From: an uncultured Chthonomonadaceae bacterium
Lineage (GTDB): Bacteria > Armatimonadota > Chthonomonadetes > Chthonomonadales > Chthonomonadaceae
NCBI GenBank assembly: GCA_963835065.1
Contig: CAWIEK010000049.1
Span: 96,001 to 160,000 of the forward strand
DNA: 64,000 nt
Direction of reading: 5' to 3'
Shown here: piece after piece, positions 29,730-40,106 of the stretch
Layout: each line of letters begins with the position of its first letter
How positions within the stretch are numbered: position 1 is the stretch's first letter
Program-made: the position numbers and the translations under genes
The notes under the pieces: model-generated
Databases searched by the model: none
Told to the model about the DNA's origin: nothing
What the model saw: the letters and a program-made list of their open reading frames with translations, nothing else

Positions 29730-31595
29730 ATGATTCGTGCCGCCTGTCTTCGCGCTTTCGCGCTGCTTCTCCTGGCCGCAGCAGGCAGTTGGGGAGGGGA
29801 CGCCAAAGCGGAGCAGCCGGAACCTACTGGTTCTAACAAGCAGGCTGAGGTGAAAGTTGTGTCCGCAGCCCCTGCGCTTCAAGCCCCTGCCGCACAGCCT
29901 GCGCCCGCGGTGGGACAGGCGGGAACTCCCGCTGCCGGGCAATCTGCCCCGGCTGCCAATGGAACGAGCGGCGTAATTCTGCCTGCAAACGCTTTTCAAA
30001 CGCCTGCGCAATTGCAGTACAACATTCCGCGCACTCCGGTATTAGGGGGCGTGGTTGATCTGGATTTGAGCAAGCCTTTGTCGCTGGATCGCGCCATTCG
30101 TATCGGCCTGTTGCGGCAAAACTCCATTGCCATTGCGCAAACGCAAATTGATGTCGCCCGCAATCGGCTGGTACAGGCGCGCTCTACCTACTTTCCACAG
30201 GTGACGCCCAGTTTTCAGTATCAATCCACCGTGACGCCCGGACGCCGCACGATTGTCGGTACCTCAACTCCAACAGGAACCACGTCGGGCGTAACGAGCG
30301 CTGCGGGCCTTTCCCGGCAGGCAGGCGGCGGCACGTCAACGGGCAGCGATCCGGGAACGGGTTCCAGCCTGCCCGGAGGTACGGGGACAGGCAACGGAAC
30401 GGGTACGGGAACCGGCACAGGCACAGGGTCAACGACCGGCACGGGTACAGGAACCGGAAGCACCGGGACGGGCACGGGTACAGGAACCGGTACGGGGCAA
30501 ACAGTCGTTATCGGCTCCAATGTGTCCGAAAGCCGCACGGAACTGCTGACAGCGTCACAAAACATTTATGATTCGGGCAAGCGCGAGGCCAATGTGGGGC
30601 AGGCAAGGCGCAATGTGTTCGCGGCGGAGTTCGGTGTGGGCGACACACGCCAAATAGTGGTTCTGAACGTCACCCAAAGCTACTACAATCTGCTGCGCTT
30701 CCGGGAACTGGTTCGGGTTCAGGAAGAAAGCGTTCGCCGCGCGCAAACCACGCTGGAAGCCATACAAGCGCAAGTGCTGGCGGGTACAGCCGCGCAAAGC
30801 GATACCTTACAGGCGCAGTCCGACCTTGCCAACGCGCGCATCAATCTGCTGTCCGCGCAAAACGATGTGCGAAATGGGGAAGCAACGCTCAAAAACGTGA
30901 TGGGCGTTATCGCTTCGCAGCCGCTGGTTCTCGCCGATGAATTTATTCCCACGCCCGACCCTACGCCCGACCCGACGACCATTGACGGCTACACTCAGAT
31001 CGCCTTTGCGAACCGCTTCGATCTGAGGCAGCAGCAGGAAAATATCTTTGCGCAGGGCTACAACGTGCGGATCGCTCGCATCAACAACGGCGTTCAGGTG
31101 AATGCAAGCGTCAACGAAGGTTATCAATTAAACCCGGACGCGGGCGAAGTGCGTTCGTTTGTGGTGGCGTTCTCTTATCCGTTGTTTGACGCCGGGAACA
31201 CGCGCTCTGCCGTGCGGGAAACACAGGCGCAATTGGAGCAGCAGCGCCGCACTCTGGATCAATTGCAGCAGAACGTTCGCCTGGACATCGAACAGTCGTA
31301 CAACACGCGCGAACTGGCGCGGCTGCGCGTGGGCGCGGCCAATCTCGCGGTGCAGGCGGGGCAGGTGAACTTCAATGCCGCGCTGGAAAAGCAACGCAAC
31401 GGCCTTGTCAACATTCTGGATGTGATCAACGCCGAAGTTCAGCTCGTCAACGCGCAGGTTTCGCAGGTGCAGGCGATTTATGACTTTTATGTCGCCGACG
31501 CGCAACTGCGCCGGAATACGGGCCAGAATGACCCGGATTATATTCCCAACGTGCCGGGCAACAAGCCGCCTCGTAGGGAATTCACAAGGAAGTAA
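29730..31595 (+). CDS. TolC-family outer-membrane efflux protein with a Gly/Thr-rich insertion
   Basis: LSLDRAI, ARSTYFPQV, VTQSYYNLL, SYPLFDAG, GLVNILDVINAE. Confidence 0.85.
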   Translation: MIRAACLRAFALLLLAAAGSWGGDAKAEQPEPTGSNKQAEVKVVSAAPALQAPAAQPAPAVGQAGTPAAGQSAPAANGTSGVILPANAFQTPAQLQYNIPRTPVLGGVVDLDLSKPLSLDRAIRIGLLRQNSIAIAQTQIDVARNRLVQARSTYFPQVTPSFQYQSTVTPGRRTIVGTSTPTGTTSGVTSAAGLSRQAGGGTSTGSDPGTGSSLPGGTGTGNGTGTGTGTGTGSTTGTGTGTGSTGTGTGTGTGTGQTVVIGSNVSESRTELLTASQNIYDSGKREANVGQARRNVFAAEFGVGDTRQIVVLNVTQSYYNLLRFRELVRVQEESVRRAQTTLEAIQAQVLAGTAAQSDTLQAQSDLANARINLLSAQNDVRNGEATLKNVMGVIASQPLVLADEFIPTPDPTPDPTTIDGYTQIAFANRFDLRQQQENIFAQGYNVRIARINNGVQVNASVNEGYQLNPDAGEVRSFVVAFSYPLFDAGNTRSAVRETQAQLEQQRRTLDQLQQNVRLDIEQSYNTRELARLRVGAANLAVQAGQVNFNAALEKQRNGLVNILDVINAEVQLVNAQVSQVQAIYDFYVADAQLRRNTGQNDPDYIPNVPGNKPPRREFTRK

Positions 31596-31720
31596 GGGTT
31601 GGTAGGGTGTTAGGGTTTTAGGTGGTTACGGTGTTCAGGTGTTCAGATGTTCGGGTATTCAGGGATTGGGCTTGTCTCTAATGCCTAATGCCTAATATCT
31701 AATATCTTGCCTCTAATGCC
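31596..31720. repeat. Degenerate 7/8-mer arrays (GGTGTTCA-type, then CTAATGC-type)
   Basis: Begins immediately after the TolC stop codon. Confidence 0.7.
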
Positions 31721-31789
31721 TTTTCAGAAACGATGCCGGAAGTATGTCGGCTTATGTCACGTGCGCAGCGCGCAAAGGAGATTCAGCAG

Positions 31790-32548
31790 ATGCAGCGAGC
31801 AAACAAGAGCATGATTTGTGCGGGAATGGTGTTGGCGGTTGGGGTGATGGTGAGCAGCGTAAGCCAGGCGCAACCGCCCGCGCCTCCTGCCGGCGGGCCG
31901 GGTGGCGCGCCTGGGATGCGTCCGGGGGGTGGCCCTGGCGGACCAGGCGGGCCTGGAGGTGGCGACTTCCGCAAGTGGATGGAGGAGCATCGCAACGTGA
32001 TGAGCGTTGGCAGGAAACTGCGCGGCGTGGCAGAACTGAACAAAGCCCCGGATACCAAACTGAACAAGCAGCAGTCAGCGAAAATGCTGGCGATTATCAA
32101 CGCCTGGAAGAGCAAGCCAAGCATGTCCGAGGATCAGGCGAAGAGCGTGGACGGACAGATCACGGCCTTGCTGAATGATAAGCAGCGCAAGCAGTTGGAA
32201 GCGCAGCGGGGCGGGTTTGGCGGGGGCGGCGGGCGTAATGGCGGCGGTATGCGTCCGGGTGGTCCGGCAATGGCGGGCGCTCCAGGAGGTATGCGTCCAG
32301 GCGGACCTGGCGGCCCCGGCGCTCCCAATCCCGGTGGCGCGGGCGCTCCGCGTGGCGCAGGCGCTCCCGGTGGCCCTGGCGGTATGCGCCCCGGCGGTGG
32401 ACCGGGTGGCGGTGGCGGACGCATGGCTTTCACGATGCCGAAAACCATCAACCCCCTGAATCCGAGTACCATGTCCGGTCGGATGCAGGAGCGCAACAAA
32501 AAGAGCCTCGCGGATTTCACCGCCGAGTTGCAGAAGCAGGCGAAGTAG
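31790..32548 (+). CDS. Secreted Gly/Pro-rich hypothetical protein
   Basis: AAAGGAG RBS, signal peptide, helical core LNKQQSAKMLAII..LLNDKQRKQL. Confidence 0.75.
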   Translation: MQRANKSMICAGMVLAVGVMVSSVSQAQPPAPPAGGPGGAPGMRPGGGPGGPGGPGGGDFRKWMEEHRNVMSVGRKLRGVAELNKAPDTKLNKQQSAKMLAIINAWKSKPSMSEDQAKSVDGQITALLNDKQRKQLEAQRGGFGGGGGRNGGGMRPGGPAMAGAPGGMRPGGPGGPGAPNPGGAGAPRGAGAPGGPGGMRPGGGPGGGGGRMAFTMPKTINPLNPSTMSGRMQERNKKSLADFTAELQKQAK

Positions 32549-32556
32549 GTTGAGGG

Positions 32557-32635
32557 GAGAAATGATGAATGATGAATGATGAGTGATGAATGGAATTCTG
32601 CTTCATCATTCATCACTCAGCACTCATCATTTCTC
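32557..32635. repeat. Inverted heptamer arrays (AATGATG)n / (CATCATT)n
   Basis: Read directly; fills the intergenic gap. Confidence 0.85.
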
Positions 32636-32650
32636 AACAACGGAGTTACC

Positions 32651-33400
32651 ATGCCGGATACCATCATCGAGGTCATCAACGCTACAAAAGTGTATAAGAT
32701 GGGCAAAATGGAAGTGCGGGCGCTGCGGGGCGTGTCGGTTTCCATTGCGCGGGGCGAGTTTGTGGCGATTATGGGGCCTTCGGGTTCGGGCAAATCCACG
32801 TTTATGAACATGATCGGCTGTTTGGACAAGCCGACGCAAGGCTCGTACAAACTGGATGGCATTGAAGTCGCTGTTTTGAACGACAATCAGTTGGCGGAAA
32901 TTCGGAACCGCAAAATCGGCTTTGTGTTCCAAACCTTCAACTTGCTGGCGCGTACAACCGCGCTGCGAAACGTGGAATTGCCGATGCTTTACAGCAATGC
33001 GCGTAACCGCGTACAGGTGGCAAAGCAGGCGCTTGCGATTGTCGGTTTGCAGGATCGCATGGATCATAAGCCCAATGAGCTTTCCGGCGGACAGCAGCAG
33101 CGCGTCGCAATCGCCCGCGCCTTAGTCAACGATCCGCCGATTATTTTTGGCGACGAACCGACCGGAAATCTGGACACGCGCACCAGCGAAGAAATCATGG
33201 CGATTTTTCAGCGCCTGCACAGCGAAGGCAAAACCGTTGTGATTGTCACGCACGAACAGGATATTGCCGACCACGCCGAGCGCATCATCCGCTTCAAAGA
33301 TGGGAAAGTAATCGCCGACGAGCGCGTCCAAAACCGCCACAACGCGGAAGTGGAACTTGCCAAATTGGATGCGTTGCGGGAAGAGGCGGAAAGTATTTAA
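32651..33400 (+). CDS. ABC transporter ATP-binding protein (MacB/LolD-like)
   Basis: [36 protein letters not shown]. Confidence 0.92.
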   Translation: MPDTIIEVINATKVYKMGKMEVRALRGVSVSIARGEFVAIMGPSGSGKSTFMNMIGCLDKPTQGSYKLDGIEVAVLNDNQLAEIRNRKIGFVFQTFNLLARTTALRNVELPMLYSNARNRVQVAKQALAIVGLQDRMDHKPNELSGGQQQRVAIARALVNDPPIIFGDEPTGNLDTRTSEEIMAIFQRLHSEGKTVVIVTHEQDIADHAERIIRFKDGKVIADERVQNRHNAEVELAKLDALREEAESI

Positions 33401-33639
33401 ATACTTTCCGCCGTATTCACATCGAAATGATCCGTGCGCTCTTTGGGGTCGAAGGTGGCGCAGTGGGCCATGCCGTTGACGAGAGCGACATCAATGGAGC
33501 CTGCGTAGCAGCGGCGGGCTTTGTTGAAGCGGCAGATGGTGACGGCGCACTCGCCCACGTAAGAGTCGGTTTCCTGTTCGGTTTGATCGGCCTGGAGCGG
33601 TTTGTCGTCTGTAAGGTCGGCGCTAATTGCGTTTGTCAT
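33397..33639 (-). CDS. DUF1540-like Cys-rich small protein
   Basis: [22 protein letters not shown] pattern; GGAGG RBS. Confidence 0.65.
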   Translation of the reverse strand: MTNAISADLTDDKPLQADQTEQETDSYVGECAVTICRFNKARRCYAGSIDVALVNGMAHCATFDPKERTDHFDVNTAESI

Positions 33640-33685
33640 CGGGGCATCCTCCGGGTAAATTGATGCAGTTCAGACAAAACCTGCG

Positions 33686-34000
33686 TTGGGATTGTTCCGA
33701 GACATTAGGCCGGTGAATAATGGTATATTAAAGAAGGACTGGAAAGAAGAGCAGGATGTGGAACTGCGGCAGTGGGAAGAAAGGCGGCGGGCGATGAATT
33801 GGGCACAGCGAATCGGTATGCTGGTTTTACGCCTCGCATTGACTGCAGGCGTGACCGCGCTGTTGCTCTGGCTGCCTGACCCCGCGCCGGACGAAACGCT
33901 GCGATTGAAAAACGCGATTGTAGTTCTTGTCGCGATTGTGACAGCCGGCAAACTGATCGCGGATACATTCTTTTATGATCGCTACGCAGGAAAATTGTAA
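33686..34000 (+). CDS. Small two-TM hypothetical membrane protein
   Basis: Two hydrophobic segments; C-terminal GKLIADTFFYDRY. Confidence 0.6.
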   Translation: MGLFRDIRPVNNGILKKDWKEEQDVELRQWEERRRAMNWAQRIGMLVLRLALTAGVTALLLWLPDPAPDETLRLKNAIVVLVAIVTAGKLIADTFFYDRYAGKL

Positions 34001-34107
34001 AGTTACCTCACTGGATGGCGTCCATTTATGGACACCCTCTCCTGGGCGCTCGTTCCTTGCTAGGAGAGGGGCTTAGTATAGCGAAATGGTTGCTTGCAGT
34101 CTGCACA

Positions 34108-34587
34108 TTATATTGGTTGTAGCAATTTTGGCGGCAGAAGCCATTGCAGTACCCCTCGGTTCGGCTCCACGCGGTCGGCTTCGACGTAGGCGAGACAAGC
34201 GGTTTTCATCTCGCAAACTCCCCCGGTAAGACGTTCGATGATCTCGCTCAAGTCCGGCTCATGCCCGACGAAAAGTAAGGCGGCATTGGCATGGTGCGCG
34301 GCGCACAGGGTTTGCAGGTCGCCCATGCCAAACTTCGCTGATGCCAACTCCGGCGCTTCCTTCAGGCAAGAAGACAAGTCAAGACCTTTTGCAATGATTT
34401 CCGCCGTTTCAAAGGCGCGAGGGTAGGGACTGGCGTAAATGGCGTCAAAGCGCGTTTCCAGAGATTTGAGCCGGGCGGCAAGCGCGGACGCATCGGCAAT
34501 ACCGCGCTGCACCAACTTGCGCTCCCGATCCGGCTTGCTGCCCGTATATTCTTCCGCTTTGCCGTGCCGCAAAAAGTACAGGCGCAT
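34108..34587 (-). CDS. sixA: Phosphohistidine phosphatase SixA
   Basis: LYFLRHGKAE, R.L..RG, SPYPRAFETA, VGHEPDL. Confidence 0.85.
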   Translation of the reverse strand: MRLYFLRHGKAEEYTGSKPDRERKLVQRGIADASALAARLKSLETRFDAIYASPYPRAFETAEIIAKGLDLSSCLKEAPELASAKFGMGDLQTLCAAHHANAALLFVGHEPDLSEIIERLTGGVCEMKTACLAYVEADRVEPNRGVLQWLLPPKLLQPI

Positions 34588-34633
34588 CGCAGTACCTCAT
34601 TAAATTGGGGGTGAAGTGAAATAGCGTTTATGA

Positions 34634-34675
34634 AATGACAAAGAGCGATGCCTCGGCGCATCGCTCTTTGTCATT
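34634..34675. repeat. 18-bp-stem hairpin (REP-like or terminator)
   Basis: AATGACAAAGAGCGATGC-N6-GCATCGCTCTTTGTCATT. Confidence 0.7.
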
Positions 34676-34782
34676 ATGGATTGGGCGCAAAATGCTGCAA
34701 CAAGCGTTGAAAGGGCTTGTTTTGACACGATGCTCAACAGATGTAGGCTGTTTTGGCTGGTTTCCGTAGGTATATTCGGCGG

Positions 34783-35103
34783 TCACTCTTCTACAGACAG
34801 GTTCGGAATGGCGTTTAGATTTTCCAGCGCGTGGTGAAAATCGCGCATTTCTTCCAGTGTAATGCCGCCCATGCCGGAGAACTGTTTCTTCTCGCCCTCC
34901 GTCACGTCGCTGGTGTTTTCCCGCAGCAGGCTGTCTTCCCACTCGTCCTGCTTGACAAAGTGTTCGCCCAATTTCTTGCACCGTGAGCAGCGAAACTTAA
35001 TATACACGTAACTGGGGCCGATCTGCCGGACATACATCCCCTGCTGCATCACATCGCGGCGCAAAATGCGCTGACCACAATGGCACTTCAGGCTGGTCTT
35101 CAT
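34783..35103 (-). CDS. Hypothetical Zn-ribbon protein
   Basis: GGAGG RBS; CHCG..RCSRC. Confidence 0.7.
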   Translation of the reverse strand: MKTSLKCHCGQRILRRDVMQQGMYVRQIGPSYVYIKFRCSRCKKLGEHFVKQDEWEDSLLRENTSDVTEGEKKQFSGMGGITLEEMRDFHHALENLNAIPNLSVEE

Positions 35104-35248
35104 GCCGTTAAACCTCCGTACCGCTGCACAATACTCCGATATTCGAAAGTTTGAGCTTCGCGGTCGCGCCACGCAACATTAATGGGCGTATTTTGTTTTG
35201 TGTCAAGGACGGGTTTCCCACGTTCTCAACAGCTATATTATACCATAA

Positions 35249-35368
35249 GTAGGGATTAGGGATTGGGGATTAGGGATTAGAAGATATACACTTTCTATAC
35301 ATTCTTCCTGCCTCACGGATAGAGTTGCCTCTGCATGCCTGTCCTAATCCCCAATCCCTAATCCCTAC
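35249..35368. repeat. Inverted heptamer arrays (AGGGATT)n; 26-bp perfect inverted repeat overlapping the dgt stop codon
   Basis: 35249-35274 versus 35343-35368. Confidence 0.9.
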
Positions 35369-36483
35369 ACGAAGTCGCTTGGCCGCATGCCGCGCGGCAC
35401 GAAGTGGCCTTCAAAGCGGGACACGGCGTAGCGGTCGGTCATGCCGGCGATGAAGTCGCAGACGTGGACGGCGCGTTCGGCCGTGGGCAGGGCGCACAGG
35501 GCTTTGTTGCCGTTCATCAGTTCCGGGTGTTCCATGTACAGGCGGAACAGGAAGCGAATCACATGCTGCGACTTGCGCAAATCCTGATTGCCCGTTGCCG
35601 CATTCCAGTACACGCGCTCGAACATAAATTCCTTTAAGCGGTCGGTAGCCTCACCAATCGGCGGCGACATATCTACAACCGGATTGCCCGCGCTGTGCGT
35701 CACAATGTCAATTACCATATTGGCGATGCGCTCAGAATGGGAATGTCCGAGAGTTTCCAGTTCGCGGCGCGGCAAGTCATGCGGCTTGATGACTCCGGCG
35801 CGGAGGGCGTCGTCAATGTCGTGGTTGATGTAGGCTACCCTGTCGGCGATACGGACGGCCTTGCCTTCCAACGTTTGGGCGCGTTCCTCTGAGGTGTCAG
35901 AAAGGTCTTTGCGGCCCTTGCTGTGGTGGGCAATGCCGTCGCGCACTTCCCATGTCAGGTTCAGGCCGCGCGGCGCATGGGGAGGGTTGGGCGCGTCCGG
36001 TTCAAAGGTTTCGCCCGTGCCGTATTCCAGCCATTCCACAACGCGCAGGCTTTGGTCATAGTGGCGGAAGGAGGCGGACGGCACGAACTCGCGGAGGGCG
36101 GCGTCAAGGGCTTCCTCGCCCGCGTGTCCGAAGGGGGGATGGCCTAAATCGTGGGCAAGGGCAATGGCTTCCGTGAGGTCTTCGTTGAGTTGTAAGGCGC
36201 GGGCAATGGTGCGGGCGATTTGCGAAACTTCCAGCGTGTGCGTCAGGCGCGTTCGGTAGTGGTCTTCTTCGGGATCAATGAACACCTGCGTTTTGTGTTT
36301 CAGGCGGCGAAAGGCTTTGGAGTGGAGGATGCGGTCCCGGTCACGCTGAAACGCGGTGCGAACCGGGTCGGGCGTTTCAGGACGGACACGGCCCTGCGAC
36401 AACGCGGATTTGGCCGCCCATTCCGCAAGGGAGTGGATTTCCCATTGTTCCTGTCGTTCGCGGGGTGTCTGTCCCGAATTCAT
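35365..36483 (-). CDS. dgt: Deoxyguanosinetriphosphate triphosphohydrolase
   Basis: RTAFQRDRDRILHSKAFRRLKHKTQV, RTRLTHTLEV, HDLGHPPFGHAGE, DFIAGMTD. Confidence 0.93.
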   Translation of the reverse strand: MNSGQTPRERQEQWEIHSLAEWAAKSALSQGRVRPETPDPVRTAFQRDRDRILHSKAFRRLKHKTQVFIDPEEDHYRTRLTHTLEVSQIARTIARALQLNEDLTEAIALAHDLGHPPFGHAGEEALDAALREFVPSASFRHYDQSLRVVEWLEYGTGETFEPDAPNPPHAPRGLNLTWEVRDGIAHHSKGRKDLSDTSEERAQTLEGKAVRIADRVAYINHDIDDALRAGVIKPHDLPRRELETLGHSHSERIANMVIDIVTHSAGNPVVDMSPPIGEATDRLKEFMFERVYWNAATGNQDLRKSQHVIRFLFRLYMEHPELMNGNKALCALPTAERAVHVCDFIAGMTDRYAVSRFEGHFVPRGMRPSDFV

Positions 36484-37791
36484 GCCTGCTCCCCAATCGC
36501 CTGTAACTTGTTCAGCAATACGCGCAAGGGCAGCGCAAGGTTCGCGCTGTCGGAAATATGGACGCGCTGCGCGTTGTGAAAACGGGCAAAGCGCGTCAGG
36601 CCGCGCAGCAGGGCTTGTTCAAACGCCGGATTATGCGCTGTTTCTTCCCGTTCCAGCCAGAAGCCTTCCACAATCAACGTTTTAGTTTTGCGCTCCATGC
36701 GAAACGCCATGCGGCCTGCCAGAACGTCACCGAACAGGATGGGCAGGGTGTAGTAGCCCCATTTGCGAATTGCGGCAGGCTTGTAAACTTCCCACACGTA
36801 CTCAAAATCGAACAGGGAGGCAAGTCGGGCGCGATCCCAAATTACATTATCGAGCGGCGCAAGGAAGGTCACTTCTTCATCCGTAGTGGTTTCAACAGTC
36901 TGCCATGCTGTGGGGATTGCGCCGTCCAGCAAGGTTTGCAGCAGGGGCATATCTTCGGCGGGCAGGTAACAGGGTTCTCGAACGCCCTCCACATTGATGC
37001 AGGCAAGTACGCCTTCCTTAACAAGCGCGTTCAGCTTTGAAGTGGCGGTTCTGGCGGCAATGCGCTGGTGCTGCATCAGGGTAGCGCGTCGCGCCCATTC
37101 CGCGCTCGTGCCCAACCCAAGATCGCGCATGGCCTTCAACGCAAAGAACCGCTCGGCAGCCTCTTCAGAAGGTATTGGTTCGGAAACAGGAACGCCTGCC
37201 TGCTCTCTATTGTTTACGTGACACTGCGCGGTGACATTGTGCGCCAGATCGAAGACGCGCTCAAAATTGCGGCGATGGTGCGTCATAACCTGCCCGCTCA
37301 GATACAGATGGTAGAGTGCCTTGCTGGTGTCCTTGACCACGTTGAAGCCGCCGGGAACGCGCTCGCGGTTGGCAAAGTCCCGATTGGCAAGGGGACCGCG
37401 TTGCGCGAGTTCGTCCAGAACGTGCTTGTGGACAGTCTGCGCTTTTTCTTCCGCAGGGGAAAGATGCCGGTGTAATCGCCGCATAACCGTTTGGAAGTAG
37501 GGCAGGTCAGCGATGGGATACAGCATCAGGATGGTTCCATAATCAAAGAACAGCCGCTCCTGATAGCACAGCTCGTTGAGGCAGGCGGGCGCGATAGTCT
37601 TGTACGCGGGCAAAGAGCGTCAGGTCATGGCTGCGGGCAATGATGCTGATGGTGTCTACTTGTATGCACTCGGACGCGCAAATCGCCTGCGCCACGCCTG
37701 CTTTACCCGCATATCGTCGTCCCGGCCACAATCCCTGCCGCCCCAAAACGAAACGCCGCGCCGTCTGCTTGCTGATAGTCCCTGTACTCAT
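36480..37791 (-). CDS. YcaQ/AlkZ-like winged-helix DNA crosslink glycosylase; +1 frameshift near 37590
   Basis: CIQVDTISIIARSHDL, FLAPLDNVIWDR, FDFEYVWEVYKP..RKWGYYTLPIL. Confidence 0.85.
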
Positions 37792-37936
37792 GAAATTAGT
37801 TTAGCACACCTGAGCCGGGGATTGAAAATTCCCGGCAACAGACAACCCTAAACCAAGTGATTGCCTTTAATTTGAAACGCGCTCCAGTCAAGCAGAATCT
37901 AAAGGAAAATGAAGGGCAGTTATCGAACTTGGATGT

Positions 37937-39166
37937 ATGGACGACAAGAACATGGTGACATTGGAAGGTATACGGGCGGCGTATGTGGAGGTTCGCAAGG
38001 CCGTGCATCATACGCCTGTTTTGACGTGCCGAAGCGTTGCGGAGCGGATTGGCATTGCGCCCGAAGAACTGCTGCTGAAAATGGAAAACACGCAGCGCAC
38101 GGGCAGCTTCAAGATTCGGGGCGCGTACCATCGGCTGTCAAACTTGTCTGCAGCAGAAAAAGGGGCGGGCGTGGTTGCGGCAAGCGCGGGGAATCATGCG
38201 CAGGGCGTTGCGCTTGCGGCCCGTCTGACAGGAATTGCGGCGATGGTTTTTATGCCGGAATTTGCCAGCATCGCCAAGATACAGGCGACCCGGCGTTATG
38301 GCGCGGAAGTGGTGCTGGGCGGGCGTAATTTCGATGAGGCTGTGACAGCGGGGAAAGCGCGGGCGCTGGAAACCGGCGCGACGTTTGTTTCCGCTTACGA
38401 TGACGACGGCATTATTACGGGGCAGGGGACGTGCGGGCTGGAAATCGTGGAAGATGTGCCGGACGTGGAAAACGTTTTAATTTGCGTGGGTGGCGGCGGG
38501 CTGTTCAGCGGCGTGGCGACTGTGATACGCGCCCTGCGCCCCAATGCGCGTATCATCGGCGTACAGGCGGCGGGAGCGCCGTCTGCGGTTGAGTCGTGGA
38601 AGGCGGGCAGGCTGCTGCCGCGTGGCGAAGTGCAGACCATTGCGGACGGCGTGGCGATTAAAGCTCCAAGCGAACGCACGTTTGGGTACATCCAAAAATA
38701 TGCCGACGACATGGTGACGGTGGAAGACAGCGATATTGCCCATGCCATGCTGCTGTTGTTGGAGCGGAATAAAACGGTTGTAGAACCGGCGGGCGCGGTA
38801 GGCGTGGCGGCATTGCTGGCGGGCAAGGTGCAGCTGAAAGGCCGAACCGTCGTGACAGTTTCGGGTGGCAATGTAGACGCTAAGTTTCTGGCGGATTTGA
38901 TTGAGCGCGAAATGATACGCGCCAATCGCTACCTGCACTTCTTTACCGCCGTTTCCGATAAACCGGGCGGACTGGCGGGTCTGCTCGAATTGCTGGCGGA
39001 ACTGCGCGGTAACATCATCTCCATCACGCACAACCGCATCAGCCCCTCGGTTCCGCTCGGACGAACGGGCGTGGAAGTGCTGCTGGAAGTGCGCGACAGC
39101 GACCACATTGCGCTGGTACGGGAAGGATTGAAGCAGCGGAATTATCGTTTTGAGGTGCTGGATTAA
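37937..39166 (+). CDS. ilvA: Threonine ammonia-lyase with C-terminal ACT domain
   Basis: KMENTQRTGSFKIRGA, SAGNHAQG, VGGGGL, SGGNVD, DKPGGL. Confidence 0.9.
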   Translation: MDDKNMVTLEGIRAAYVEVRKAVHHTPVLTCRSVAERIGIAPEELLLKMENTQRTGSFKIRGAYHRLSNLSAAEKGAGVVAASAGNHAQGVALAARLTGIAAMVFMPEFASIAKIQATRRYGAEVVLGGRNFDEAVTAGKARALETGATFVSAYDDDGIITGQGTCGLEIVEDVPDVENVLICVGGGGLFSGVATVIRALRPNARIIGVQAAGAPSAVESWKAGRLLPRGEVQTIADGVAIKAPSERTFGYIQKYADDMVTVEDSDIAHAMLLLLERNKTVVEPAGAVGVAALLAGKVQLKGRTVVTVSGGNVDAKFLADLIEREMIRANRYLHFFTAVSDKPGGLAGLLELLAELRGNIISITHNRISPSVPLGRTGVEVLLEVRDSDHIALVREGLKQRNYRFEVLD

Positions 39167-39304
39167 CTACCTCATTCCCACCTCTGCTTTGTAGCAGGGG
39201 GTGTTCAGGTATTCAGGTGTTCGGGCGAGTCAATATAGCCCGGTGAACGCAGTTCATAGCATCCTCTCCCACTATTGGGAGAAGGAAGAAGGATGGAGAA
39301 GATT

Positions 39305-39994
39305 ATGGCGGCGTACCCGCAGGTGGTTGTGTTTGATGTTTTTGAAACGCTGTTTTCCATGAAGAGTTTGGTTCCGCGTCTTGGCGAGTTAGGCTTGCCG
39401 CCCGAAGCGCTGCCGATGTGGTACGGCAGGACGCTGCGGGACGGCTTTGCCCTCGCGGCTGCCAATGCGTATGCGCCCATGCAGGATGTGGCGCAGGCGG
39501 CGTTGGAGGTGATACTGGCGGATCACGGCAAGCCGGCGACGGGCGTAGAAAAGGTGATGGCGGGCTTGAGCGAACTGGCTGCGGAAACGGATGTCGAACC
39601 GGCGTTTCAACTGCTGGATGCGCAAAATGTGCGTATCTTCCTGCTGTCTAACGGCAGTCAGGCAAACACGCTGGCTTTGCTGCAAAAGGCGGGGCTGGAT
39701 GTTTACGTGGAGAAAATTATATCGGTAGATGATATTCAGTGCTGGAAGCCGCGCCGGGAAATCTATTTGCATGTGGCGACGGCAGCAGATGTGGAGCCTG
39801 CCCACATCGCCCTTGTCGCCGCCCATGCGTGGGATGTGCAGGGCGCGATGCGGGCGGGATTGACGGGCGGATGGGTCAAGCGGGAGGAGCTAATGTATTC
39901 TCCCGCGATGCAGGCGCCGGATGTGCAGGGAAATACGCTTGTGGAAACGTGTCAGGGTCTGCTTGAACTCCCCCATGCGCCAACAGCCTCGTGA
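39305..39994 (+). CDS. Haloacid dehalogenase type II family hydrolase
   Basis: VFDVFETL, LSNG, WKP, VAAHAWDVQGA. Confidence 0.85.
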   Translation: MAAYPQVVVFDVFETLFSMKSLVPRLGELGLPPEALPMWYGRTLRDGFALAAANAYAPMQDVAQAALEVILADHGKPATGVEKVMAGLSELAAETDVEPAFQLLDAQNVRIFLLSNGSQANTLALLQKAGLDVYVEKIISVDDIQCWKPRREIYLHVATAADVEPAHIALVAAHAWDVQGAMRAGLTGGWVKREELMYSPAMQAPDVQGNTLVETCQGLLELPHAPTAS

Positions 39995-40106
39995 AATGGA
40001 TCAAGGTTTATGCGAACTCCCCCATTTGCAACAATTCCATAAAACAGAAGAACGCAGCCGGTATGCAGCGTACAAGCGCTACATGCCAAAATTGAAGGAG
40101 ATTAAC

